DNA from: Candidatus Rokubacteria bacterium RIFCSPLOWO2_02_FULL_73_56 | Lineage (GTDB): Bacteria; Methylomirabilota; Methylomirabilia; Rokubacteriales; CSP1-6 | Direction: 5' to 3' | Length of the DNA stretch: 64,000 bases | Assembly: GCA_001788495.1 (NCBI GenBank) | Contig: MGCF01000006.1 | Location: 2,106 to 66,105, forward strand | Part shown: one piece after another, positions 1 to 8,275 of the stretch | How the letters are laid out: each line of letters opens with the position of its first letter | How positions within the stretch are numbered: the first letter of the stretch is position 1 | Notes under the pieces: model-generated | The model's database searches: none | Told to the model about the DNA's origin: nothing | Seen by the model: the letters and a program-made list of their open reading frames with translations, nothing else | Position numbers and translations under genes: made by a program

Positions 1-1514
1 CCCGCCGCGGCGAGGCGCGCGCTCAGATGCTCGGAGGCGGCGACCGAGCGGGTGCCGACGAGAATCGGTCGTCCCTGCCCGTGGAGCGCGGCGATGCGCT
101 CCACCACCGCCCCCCACCTCGCCTCCGCGTCCCGATACACTCGGTCGGCATGCCGCCGCCGGCGGAGAGGCCGGTTGGTCGGGATGGACACGACCGGCAG
201 CCGATAGACCGACCAGAGCTCGGCCGCGGTCTCACGCGCGGTCCCGGTCATGCCGCACAGCATGAGATAGCGCCGGAAGAAGCGCTGGTAGCTGATGCGC
301 GTGAGCGCGTCGTGGCGCGCGCTGAGGGGGCATTCCTCCTTGACCTCGATGAGCTGGTGCAGCCCATGCTCCCACGAGCGGTCCGACATGAGACGCCCGG
401 TGTACTCGTCGATGATCTGCACCTTCCGGTCGCGCACGATGTAGTGCAGATCGCGGTGGAACAGGTGCAGCGCCGTGAGGGCCTTGGTGACCAGCTCCTC
501 CCGCCGGCGGCGGCCGGTCCACACGCCGCCGAGCGGCGGCGCGTTCTCGTCGAGCCGAAGCATGCCCGACTCGGTCAGCCGTGCCGCACGATCCTGCTCG
601 TCGATCGCGAAGTCGAGGCCGGGCGTCAGTCGTGACGCCAGGGCGAGTGCCGTCGAATAGAGGCGGCGCTCGCTCGCGGCGCCGGCGGCGCCGCCGCCGG
701 AAATGATCAACGGCGTGCGCGCCTCGTCGATCAGCACGCTGTCGGCCTCGTCGACGATCGCGTAGCTGAGCCCGCGCAGCACCAGCCGGCCGGCGCGGGC
801 GTCGTCGCCCGCGAGGCGCTCGAGCTGGAGCAGGGTGCGGCTGGCACGCGGTCCCAGAGCCAGCCGGTCTCGCAGGTAGTCGAACGCCACTTCCTTGTTC
901 GTGACGTAGGTGACGTCGGACGCGTAGGCGGCGCGCCGGTCCGCATGCTCCATCCCGTGGACCACGACACCGACCGTGAGCCCGAGCCCCCGATAGACCG
1001 GGCCCATCCACTCGGCGTCCCGGCGCGCCAGGTAGTCGTTGACCGTGATGACGTGGACCGGAATGCCGGCGAGCGCCGCCGTGCACGCGGCGAGCGTCGC
1101 GGTCAGCGTCTTGCCCTCGCCGGTTTCCATCTCCGCGACCATGCCGCCGAGCAGCACGCGTCCACCGACCAGCTGGACGTCGAAGTGACGCTCTCCCAGG
1201 GTCCGTTCGGCGACCTCCCGCACGAGGGCGAAGGCGCGGGCGACGAGATCGTCGACGAACCGGCGCGCGCGGAGCTCTCGACCGAGCCGCTGGGCCGCCG
1301 CGAGGATCGCGTCCTCGCCGAGCGTCGCGATCCCGCCGCCGTGCCGGTCGACGAGCGCGGAGAACCGCATCCAGCGTGCCCTGCGCACCGCTCGGTGACG
1401 CAGCAGGGGCGCCACGGCCCGAGCGGCAAGACGATCGAGGGCCCCAGGCGGACGCTCGCTACGCTCCGGATAGGCGCCGAGCGGGACCTCGGGGTGGACC
1501 GCGAGCCTAGACAT
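1..1514 (-). CDS. SecA-family translocase ATPase paralog, N-terminal ~504 codons. The C-terminus lies beyond the left edge, so there is no in-window stop and the gene is absent from the ORF track.
   Basis: My own translation of the minus frame gives MSRLAVHPEV...LGERHFDVQLVGGRVLLGGMVAEMETGEGKTLTATLAACTAALAGIPVHVITVNDYLARRDAEWMGPVYRGLGLTVG...YAIVDEADSVLIDEARTPLIISG...LHGQGRPILVGTRSVAASEHLS. Walker A GEGKT lies at ~1107-1121. ATG 1514 overlaps the TAG (1507-1509) of the upstream gene (ATGTCTAG). Confidence 0.85.
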   Translation of the reverse strand, partial: MSRLAVHPEVPLGAYPERSERPPGALDRLAARAVAPLLRHRAVRRARWMRFSALVDRHGGGIATLGEDAILAAAQRLGRELRARRFVDDLVARAFALVREVAERTLGERHFDVQLVGGRVLLGGMVAEMETGEGKTLTATLAACTAALAGIPVHVITVNDYLARRDAEWMGPVYRGLGLTVGVVVHGMEHADRRAAYASDVTYVTNKEVAFDYLRDRLALGPRASRTLLQLERLAGDDARAGRLVLRGLSYAIVDEADSVLIDEARTPLIISGGGAAGAASERRLYSTALALASRLTPGLDFAIDEQDRAARLTESGMLRLDENAPPLGGVWTGRRRREELVTKALTALHLFHRDLHYIVRDRKVQIIDEYTGRLMSDRSWEHGLHQLIEVKEECPLSARHDALTRISYQRFFRRYLMLCGMTGTARETAAELWSVYRLPVVSIPTNRPLRRRRHADRVYRDAEARWGAVVERIAALHGQGRPILVGTRSVAASEHLSARLAAA

Positions 1515-3654
1515 TGAAGCGCGAGAGGAAGAGCTGCCGGACCGTCCGGTACCACTGCAGGGCGAGCGGTCTCGAGCCGTGGTCGAAGCGCACGTACGCG
1601 CGGCCGCCGACGTTGAGCCGGAGGGACCGAGCCGCAAGCTCGACGTCCACCTGAAAGACCTTCTGGGTCGCCGTGACCCCCTTCGGGTCCCGCGGATCGA
1701 CGACGATCTGTCCTCCGCCAGCGCTGCCGAGCGCCGTCGTCGGCAGCCGCTCGCTCGCGGCCGGCACGATCCGGCGGAGCGTGGCGGGAACCGTGTCGGC
1801 GAGGCTCTCGGCGAGGCGCACCTCCAGCCCCACGGTATGGAAGCGGACCAGATCGATCGCGCCCTGGGGCACGGCGGCCCGGATCGTGACCGTGGCGAGC
1901 TCGACCACGTAGGCCAGCTGCTCGCCCTTCTTGACGAAGCGACCCGGCAGGTCCTCCGGCGTCGGCACGATGAACGCGCCCGCCGTGCCGCTGCGAACCG
2001 TCAGGGCCTCGACGCGCTCCAGCGCCTGGCCCAGATCTTGCCGCGCGTACCGCAGATCCTTCTCGATGATCTCGGCCTTCACCCGATCCACCGGGCGCTG
2101 CTCGTCGTAGCGCGCCTGGAGCTCGCGGACGCGCGCCCTGAGCATCGCCACACGGACGCCCAGATCGGAATCCCTGAGCACGATCAGCGCGTCGCCTTGC
2201 CGCACCCGGGAGCCCGACGACGCGACGAACCGCTCGACGAACCCGTCGGTGCCGGCCCGGACGAGCGACTCCTCCGGAATCCAGACCACACCCTCGACGA
2301 CGCTGCGATACGGGACCGGCGCCAGCGTCACCACGCCGACGGCGGCCGCGACGGCCGCGCCCGCGACGGCGAGCGCCCGCGCGCGGTGCTTGCGGAGGCG
2401 CGGACTCGCGAAGAGAAACCGCGCCCCCTTGCCGATCGGAACGCCGATCCAGCCGACGGCCGTCAGGCCCGCGAAGAACATCGCCAGCCAGAAGTACCGG
2501 TCGGCGATGAAGGCGATGATGGCGATCACCACGAGCACCCGGTAGGCGAAGGAGGCCGCCGCGTAGGCCACGAACCACGCACGCTCGCCGGCCGTGGCCA
2601 CGGCCAGCTCGGCCTCACGCTGCCCGAACAGGTAGCGTTCGCAGAGATACCCGAGGTACTTGTTGGACCGCTGCCGCAGGTTCGGAATCTCCAGGAGGTC
2701 GCCCAGGATGTAGTAGCCGTCGTACCGCAGCAACGGGTTTGCGTTGAAGAAGATCGTGGTGACCCCCGCGATCAGGATCACGTTGTAGGTGATCACGCGG
2801 AGCAGCCCGGCCTCGACGCTCAGCCAGACGTAGAGGGCCAGGGCCGCGAGGAACAACTCCACGGTCATCCCCGCGGCGCCGACGGCGATGCGCCGCCACT
2901 TGCTGCGGAACGCCGAGGCCGACGAGGCGTCCACGTACGGCACGGGCGTCATCACGAGGACCATGACGCCCATGTCGTGGACCTCACCACCGAATGCCTT
3001 CGTCGTGTAGGCGTGACCGAGCTCGTGCAGCGCCTTGATCAGGGGGAAGAGCAGCCAGATCGTGAACAGGGCCTGCATGGAGAACAGGCGATCGAGGGTG
3101 TCCCGGGTCAGGTCCGTCCAGTACACGCCGGCGAGGACGAGTGCCGGGAGGACGACCAGGACCCAGGCGACCGCCCCCGCCGGGCCGACGAGGGGTCTGA
3201 CGAGCGGGACCGTCGCTGCGAGGAACCGCTCGGGGTCGAGCAGCCGCATGCGCCACGAGAAGAAGCTGGAGACCCGGCCGAGCCACCTCCTCCGCTGCTG
3301 GCGTTCGTACCGCTCCAGCAGGTCCGCCGCGTCGGGCGGGACATCGGACTGGAGCACGTCGCTCGCGTGGAGCTGGCTCAGGAGCTGGATGACGTCCTCC
3401 TGGGTCGGGCCGTCGTCGCCCAGGCGCTCGCAGGCCGTTTCCCAGAGCTCCTGAACCGTGCGCCGGCCATCCATGAGCCCGATCACCAGATACGCCTGCG
3501 GGGTGAAGCGGTGAAAGCGCTGGCCGGCGCGGTCCTCCAGCACGTACCACGTCTTGCCGCGGTACCGGTGGCGGTGGATGTGCGCGTGACTCCTGAGCCG
3601 CGGCTGGAGCTCGGCGACCCGGTACCAGGAGCTGCTGAAGAGCGGTTGCGTCAC
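1507..3654 (-). CDS. Tri-domain membrane protein: PqqD/RRE-like N-terminus, M50 (site-2 protease type) zinc metalloprotease and a HlyD-type periplasmic adaptor
   Basis: This is the C-terminal 715 codons of track ORF 1507..4230. The start is taken as GTG 3654, 5 nt after the upstream stop. N-terminus: WYRVAELQPRL...GKTWYVLEDRAGQRFHRFTPQAYLVIGLMDGRRTVQELW (PqqD-like). HELGH lies at 3013-3027 followed by multiple TM segments. C-terminus: GDALIVLRD...coiled coil...GAFIVPTPEDLPGRFVKKGEQLAYVV (HlyD lipoyl/barrel-like). Confidence 0.8.
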   Translation of the reverse strand: MTQPLFSSSWYRVAELQPRLRSHAHIHRHRYRGKTWYVLEDRAGQRFHRFTPQAYLVIGLMDGRRTVQELWETACERLGDDGPTQEDVIQLLSQLHASDVLQSDVPPDAADLLERYERQQRRRWLGRVSSFFSWRMRLLDPERFLAATVPLVRPLVGPAGAVAWVLVVLPALVLAGVYWTDLTRDTLDRLFSMQALFTIWLLFPLIKALHELGHAYTTKAFGGEVHDMGVMVLVMTPVPYVDASSASAFRSKWRRIAVGAAGMTVELFLAALALYVWLSVEAGLLRVITYNVILIAGVTTIFFNANPLLRYDGYYILGDLLEIPNLRQRSNKYLGYLCERYLFGQREAELAVATAGERAWFVAYAAASFAYRVLVVIAIIAFIADRYFWLAMFFAGLTAVGWIGVPIGKGARFLFASPRLRKHRARALAVAGAAVAAAVGVVTLAPVPYRSVVEGVVWIPEESLVRAGTDGFVERFVASSGSRVRQGDALIVLRDSDLGVRVAMLRARVRELQARYDEQRPVDRVKAEIIEKDLRYARQDLGQALERVEALTVRSGTAGAFIVPTPEDLPGRFVKKGEQLAYVVELATVTIRAAVPQGAIDLVRFHTVGLEVRLAESLADTVPATLRRIVPAASERLPTTALGSAGGGQIVVDPRDPKGVTATQKVFQVDVELAARSLRLNVGGRAYVRFDHGSRPLALQWYRTVRQLFLSRFNV

Positions 3655-3659
3655 GGGCG

Positions 3660-5417
3660 CTACGGGAGCCAGGCCCAGAGCTTCAGCCGGAGCCAGTCGG
3701 CGGCCTGGCGTGTCCAGATCCAGACGAGCAGGTGCCGCCCGGACACGATCTTGCCGACCCCCTCCATGCCGGGCCGGAGACGCTGCGGCGCCCGATCGAG
3801 TCTCGCCTCCACGCGGAAAGAATTGCGCCCGTCGCGGGCCGTCGAGACGGGCGTGATCTTCGTCACCGTGAACGGCAGCGCGTCCGATGGCCAGGCAGTC
3901 AGGAGGAGCTGGCCTCGCTGGCCCACGGCGATGTCGGCGATGTCGCGCTCGTCGACCTCGAGCACCGTGCGGTAGCCGGCCAGCGGCGCGACCTCGAAGA
4001 GGGTCTGGCCCCGCTCGATCGGGGCGCCGAGCGACTGGCTCAGGTCTCCGGTCACGACGACGCCGTCGAACGGCGCCACGACGTGGGTGCGGGACAGATG
4101 ATCGTCGGTCAGGGCGAGCTGCGCCCGCGCCTGGTCGGCCTGGGCGCTCGCGATCTGGAGCGCGGCGGCGTCCCCCTTGGCACGGGCCTGGTCCCGCTGG
4201 CGGCTCAGCTGCTCGAGCTGGCCCTGCCACCTCGCCCGTTCGAGCCTGAGCTCGCGGTCGTCGAGCACCGCGAGCACCTGCCCCTCACGGACGGCGTCGC
4301 CGGCGCGGACCGGCGCGTCCTTCAGATAGCCGCTGAACGGGGCGACCGCGGCGATGCGCGTGCTCGGCTCCATCACGCTCCGGGCCGACACGCGGTAGTC
4401 CCCCTCGGCCAGCGCCAGGAACAGGCCCAGGGCCGTGAGCCCCGCCACGGTGAGCTTGAGTGCGGTATGCCGCGGACCGATGAGATGGCCGAGGTGGCGC
4501 AGTCCCACCTGGACCGCCTTCTCGATCAGCCAGCGATCGTCCCGGCGCTGCACCTCCAGCACGGGACCCGCGACGGCCGCGAGCGCCTCGCAGAACTCCA
4601 CCGTCGCCCGATCGAACGGCCGGTCGGCCCCCCGCTCCAGGGTCAGCGCGCCGACCACACGCGCCCCCTCCGCGAAGAGGACCGTGCAGATCGCCCCGGC
4701 GTTGGACTGCCGCGCCAGGTCGGCGTGGGCCCCGGTCACGCGCGCCTCGGCCCCCGGCGGTTCCGGGTAGACCACCGTCGCGCGCTGGTCCAGGGCCTCG
4801 TCCATCGCGGCGCCGATCGCGCGGATCAGATTCGTCTGCTTGGCGAAGTTCGCCGTGTGGGAGACGGCCCGCGGGTGCATCCGGCCGCGCTTGAGGAAGC
4901 CGACGCTCACCCGGTCGCAGCCCAGACGCGTGGCCAGAGTCGTGACGAAGGTCGTCGCCGCGCCGTAGAACCGCTCGTGGCCGAGGCTGCTCGTGACCAG
5001 CTCGAGGACCGTCTGCAGCCGCTGCTTCGACGCCTCGACGCTCCCCGGATCGAGCTGCGCGGCGCCGAGGCGGTGCACCAGCACCTCGAGCCAGCCGGCG
5101 CCCCACTGGAGCTGGCGCAGGACCCCTTCCAGCTCCGCCTGGGGCCGGGGTGCGATGTCGAGCGCGACGACGCCGTGCACCCGCCCGTTCGCCTGGATCG
5201 GATACGCGACGTCGTAGCGCTCACGGTCCCGCACCGACGCGTCCGTACCTGCCTCGCGCTTCAGGACGATACCGCGCCGCTCGGCGAGCGCACGCTCCGC
5301 GGCCTCGGCCAGATGCGCCGCGGCGCGAGAGCCTTCCGGCCAGAAGGCCGCCGGAGCGAACTTGCCCGTGGTCGGAGAGGCGGCGACGACGACGCCCCGG
5401 CCGACGCCCGGGATCAT
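3660..5417 (-). CDS. GAF-domain protein fused to a HlyD-family membrane-fusion/adaptor protein. The true N-terminus may lie further upstream (see findings).
   Basis: Track ORF of 585 aa. GAF-like segments: RFYGAATTFVTTLATRLGCDRVSVGF...ICTVLFAEGARVVGALTLER. One TM segment: LKLTVAGLTALGLFLALA. HlyD core: VRAGDAVREGQVLAVLDDRELRLERARWQGQLEQL...VVAPFDGVVV...GYRTVLEVDERDI. Confidence 0.8.
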   Translation of the reverse strand: MIPGVGRGVVVAASPTTGKFAPAAFWPEGSRAAAHLAEAAERALAERRGIVLKREAGTDASVRDRERYDVAYPIQANGRVHGVVALDIAPRPQAELEGVLRQLQWGAGWLEVLVHRLGAAQLDPGSVEASKQRLQTVLELVTSSLGHERFYGAATTFVTTLATRLGCDRVSVGFLKRGRMHPRAVSHTANFAKQTNLIRAIGAAMDEALDQRATVVYPEPPGAEARVTGAHADLARQSNAGAICTVLFAEGARVVGALTLERGADRPFDRATVEFCEALAAVAGPVLEVQRRDDRWLIEKAVQVGLRHLGHLIGPRHTALKLTVAGLTALGLFLALAEGDYRVSARSVMEPSTRIAAVAPFSGYLKDAPVRAGDAVREGQVLAVLDDRELRLERARWQGQLEQLSRQRDQARAKGDAAALQIASAQADQARAQLALTDDHLSRTHVVAPFDGVVVTGDLSQSLGAPIERGQTLFEVAPLAGYRTVLEVDERDIADIAVGQRGQLLLTAWPSDALPFTVTKITPVSTARDGRNSFRVEARLDRAPQRLRPGMEGVGKIVSGRHLLVWIWTRQAADWLRLKLWAWLP

Positions 5418-5576
5418 CCCGCACTGGAGACCGAGCCAGTTCCGGTAGAAGGCCTCCGGCGTCGCCGCCTCGGCGAACTCGCGCCAGAGGGCGTCGAAGG
5501 AAGGCTCCCTGGGGCCGACGCCGCTCAGCGGCGGCGGCGGCGTGATCGGACGGTGGACCTCGACCAGGGCCGGCTC

Positions 5577-5915
5577 TTACGACGCCGCCGGCGCGTCGGC
5601 CTGCGCTCCCTCGACCTGGACGGCGCCAAACCGGGCTTCATGTTCCCGCAACACGTTGGCCAGGAGCGTCGACAGCCGCTTGGCGACGAACGGGTTGAGG
5701 ATGAGTCGGTCGGTGAGCTGCACCGTCACGTCCTTCTGCCCGGCGTGCCACGCCTGGTTGATGCCGAAGAGCAGGACGACCTCCTCGCGCGTGCTCGCGA
5801 CGTTGCAGACGTTCGAGTACGAGCTCTTCATCCGGGAATCGTCCCACTTGATGGTGAGCTGCTGGGCCGTGCGCTCGGGCCCGGCCACAGCTTCGCGTTC
5901 ACGCTCGTCCGCCAT
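5577..5915 (-). CDS. DUF3467-like small protein, copy A
   Basis: Internal ATG (codon 112) of track ORF 5577..6248, preceded by GGAGAGGAG. Sequence: MADEREREAVAGPERTAQQLTIKWDDSRMKSSYSNVCNVASTREEVVLLFGINQAWHAGQKDVTVQLTDRLILNPFVAKRLSTLLANVLREHEARFG. It matches my recollection of the DUF3467 pattern (YaN...s..Ef.l.FG......RiilsP..AKrL...L......YE..fG). Confidence 0.8.
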   Translation of the reverse strand: MADEREREAVAGPERTAQQLTIKWDDSRMKSSYSNVCNVASTREEVVLLFGINQAWHAGQKDVTVQLTDRLILNPFVAKRLSTLLANVLREHEARFGAVQVEGAQADAPAAS

Positions 5916-5944
5916 ACCGTCTCCTCTCCTCCGCGCAGCGGGTC

Positions 5945-6892
5945 TCAGCTCGATGGGGTCCGGGTCAGTATGCCCGGCGGCCGCGGAGCCTCGGCCGCTC
6001 GAATGGGCACGAGCTCCGCGGCGTGCCACCCGTACCTCGCCGCGTAGGCCGCGTTGAGCCCCAGGCACCGCGTCGAGCTGCACGCCTCGCGATGCACGCA
6101 CTGGTAGAAGCCGTTGCGCCGGAACTCGGTCCAGAAGGCGGGGTCGATGAACAGCCGCGGCTGCGAGTTGTCGAGCGTGTCCCCGTCCTCGCCCAGCAGG
6201 CAGTGCGGAAAATTCTTGACCATGACGCCACGGTCGAGCGCGTGGCATCTGGCGATCGCCGTCCTCAGGAAGGGGAGCACCTCGAGGTGGGATGCGCCCA
6301 GCTCCTTGACGTCCTGCTCGTTCATGGCGAAGTAGACCCAGAACTCGTGCTGGACCATCCGCCGCAGGTGTCCGAGCCGGTCGACGAGCCGGGGCAGATG
6401 CCGGTAGCTCTTCACCGTGACGACGGTGTTCGTGAGGGTCGCGACGCCCGGCAGCGCGTCCAGGTTCTCCAGGCCCCGGAGGGTCTTGTCGAACGATCCC
6501 GGCACTGTCGTGATCGCGTCGTGCGTCTCGGCGTCCGCGGCGGTGACGCTCACGAAGAACTCGTCGACTCCCGCGTCGACCAGCTCTCGGCAGTAGGCCT
6601 CGCTCGCCAGGCGCATCCCGTGCGTCTGGATCCGCACGTGCTCGAAGCCCCTCCGCCGCGCCTGTCTGGCCAGCTCCGGCAGGTCACGCCGCAGCGTGAT
6701 CTCCGCCCCGGTGAGGATCAGACCCGTCCACCGTCGGTGCGTCGCGTTGTAGTCCAGGAGCTGCTCGAACCGGCTGAGCGACTCCGGCTCCAGCCGGTCC
6801 ATGGTGTCCTCGATCATGCAGTGGACGCAGGCCAGATTGCAGCGGAACTCCAGCGTCATCGACACGTAGCGATCGTCGTCAAACCGTCCCAC
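5945..6892 (-). CDS. Radical SAM enzyme with a Cys-rich C-terminal region that may hold an auxiliary cluster
   Basis: Track ORF of 315 aa. CNLACVHC (CxxxCxxC) at codons 18-25. GLILTGAEITLRRDLPELARQARRRGFEHVRIQTHG is TIM-barrel rSAM-like. C-terminal cysteines: HCLLGEDGD...FYQCVHREACSSTRCLGLN. Confidence 0.85.
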   Translation of the reverse strand: MGRFDDDRYVSMTLEFRCNLACVHCMIEDTMDRLEPESLSRFEQLLDYNATHRRWTGLILTGAEITLRRDLPELARQARRRGFEHVRIQTHGMRLASEAYCRELVDAGVDEFFVSVTAADAETHDAITTVPGSFDKTLRGLENLDALPGVATLTNTVVTVKSYRHLPRLVDRLGHLRRMVQHEFWVYFAMNEQDVKELGASHLEVLPFLRTAIARCHALDRGVMVKNFPHCLLGEDGDTLDNSQPRLFIDPAFWTEFRRNGFYQCVHREACSSTRCLGLNAAYAARYGWHAAELVPIRAAEAPRPPGILTRTPSS

Positions 6893-7187
6893 GGGGCTTC
6901 CCTTCCCTCTCGGCTCGAGTCGCCGGGGACCCTGCGCCCTCGAACCGCGCCTCGTACTCCGCGACCACCCGGCCGAGCAGCACGGCGAGCCGCTTCGCGA
7001 CCGGCGGACTCAGCACGATCCGCTGGCCGAGATCGACGACGAGCTCCTGGCGGTCGGTCCGCGAGGCGCGGCTCACGCCGAACGACAGGACGAACTCCGC
7101 GTCGCTGGTCGATACGTTGCACTGGTTCGCGTGCATCCGCCTGGCGCTCGCGTCGTCCCAGCGGACCCGGGCGGCGCCCGAGCTCAC
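6879..7187 (-). CDS. DUF3467-like small protein, copy B (divergent)
   Basis: In track ORF 6879..7235. The start is taken as GTG 7187, forming a GTGA overlap with the methyltransferase stop. Sequence: (V)SSGAARVRWDDASARRMHANQCNVSTSDAEFVLSFGVSRASRTDRQELVVDLGQRIVLSPPVAKRLAVLLGRVVAEYEARF. Confidence 0.7.
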   Translation of the reverse strand: MSSGAARVRWDDASARRMHANQCNVSTSDAEFVLSFGVSRASRTDRQELVVDLGQRIVLSPPVAKRLAVLLGRVVAEYEARFEGAGSPATRAEREGKPRGTV

Positions 7188-8275
7188 GGCTTCGTCCCCG
7201 TGACCAGGAAGAACGGCGTCTCGAGGTCGATCCACCGGACGTCGACGCCGCGGAACCCGAGTGCGCCGAGCTGATCAACGTACGCCGCCGGCGAGCGAAA
7301 CGAGCGGAAGAACAGCAGCAGCGGGATCATCGCGTATGACGGCGCGCCGGTCGCGACCGGTCCCCGCTCGAAGATGAGGAGCGTTCCCCCGGGCTTCAGC
7401 GCCTCGCTCGCCCGGACGAGCAGACGCCTCGCGTCCCGCTCCGGCCAGTCGTGCAGCATGGACTTGAACGATACCAGATCGCGCCCGCCGGGCAGCGGAT
7501 CGGTCAGCGCGTTCCCCCGGACGAAGTCGATCCGCGCGCCTTCGGGCTCGCGCTCCACGTGTGCGCGGCCGATGTCGCACACCACGGGCAGGTCGAACAC
7601 CGTCGCCGTGACCGCCGGGTACCTCCGACAGATCCGGAGCGCGAATTCCCCGCTGTTGCCGCCGACGTCCAGGACCCGCTCGTGGCCCCCGAAGTCGTGA
7701 TGCTGCAGGCACACCCCGGCCTCGTACTTCGTGAGACACGTGGTGATGCGCATCCACCGTCGGGTCGCCTCGTAGTCCTCGGCGCTCGCCCCGAGCGCCC
7801 GGTCGTAGGAGAACAAGCGAAAGGTGCGGGCCTGACGCCGGAACGTCTCGGGGTCCCGGATCGCCGCCGTGAACAGGTCCGTGAAGTCCGGCAGCACCAG
7901 CGCGGCGTACTCGAGCTTCGTCTCGAGCAGGTCACGGAAGCGGAGGGCCCTCCGGAAGTCCTCGCTCAGCGCGACGCCTCGCGGCCGTTCCTCGACGACG
8001 CGGTTCGTCCGGAGCAGGTCCAGCAGCAGCCGCAGGCCGCGGCCGTCGCCCGGGAACCCCGTCGCGAGATCCGCGACGGCCATGGCCTCGTGGGCAGCCA
8101 GCCGGTCGATCACCCGGAGCTCGAACGCCGTCTTCAACGCCCGTGCGTCGATCAGGGTCGTGAGAAAGCCGTCGACACAGAGGTACTCCCGCTCGTCTGT
8201 GGGCTCCATGGACGCCGCCGGCGGCGGGCCCACCGCGAGGCCCCGAGCGCGGTCGGTCACGTCAAAAGACTCCAT
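7184..8275 (-). CDS. Class I SAM-dependent O-methyltransferase (family-2 type with N-terminal dimerisation/wHTH domain)
   Basis: In track ORF 7184..8335. Start choice is ATG 8275 (MESFDV). SAM motif: VLDVGGNSGEFALRICRRYP. DFVRGNALTDPLPGGRDLVSFKSMLHDWPERDARRLLVRASEALKPGGTLLIFE is typical of Methyltransf_2 enzymes. Confidence 0.8.
   Translation of the reverse strand: MESFDVTDRARGLAVGPPPAASMEPTDEREYLCVDGFLTTLIDARALKTAFELRVIDRLAAHEAMAVADLATGFPGDGRGLRLLLDLLRTNRVVEERPRGVALSEDFRRALRFRDLLETKLEYAALVLPDFTDLFTAAIRDPETFRRQARTFRLFSYDRALGASAEDYEATRRWMRITTCLTKYEAGVCLQHHDFGGHERVLDVGGNSGEFALRICRRYPAVTATVFDLPVVCDIGRAHVEREPEGARIDFVRGNALTDPLPGGRDLVSFKSMLHDWPERDARRLLVRASEALKPGGTLLIFERGPVATGAPSYAMIPLLLFFRSFRSPAAYVDQLGALGFRGVDVRWIDLETPFFLVTGTKP

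Noticed and set aside
23-5424. Overlapping alternative-frame ORFs across the SecA/M50/HlyD region: 27..635 +, 232..1086 -, 945..1517 +, 1103..2578 -, 1579..3975 +, 3732..6047 +, 4285..5106 - and others.
   Set aside because: - They are Arg/Pro/Gly-rich shadow frames.
- The frames chosen instead carry SecA, HExxH/M50, GAF and HlyD motifs and have consistent junctions.
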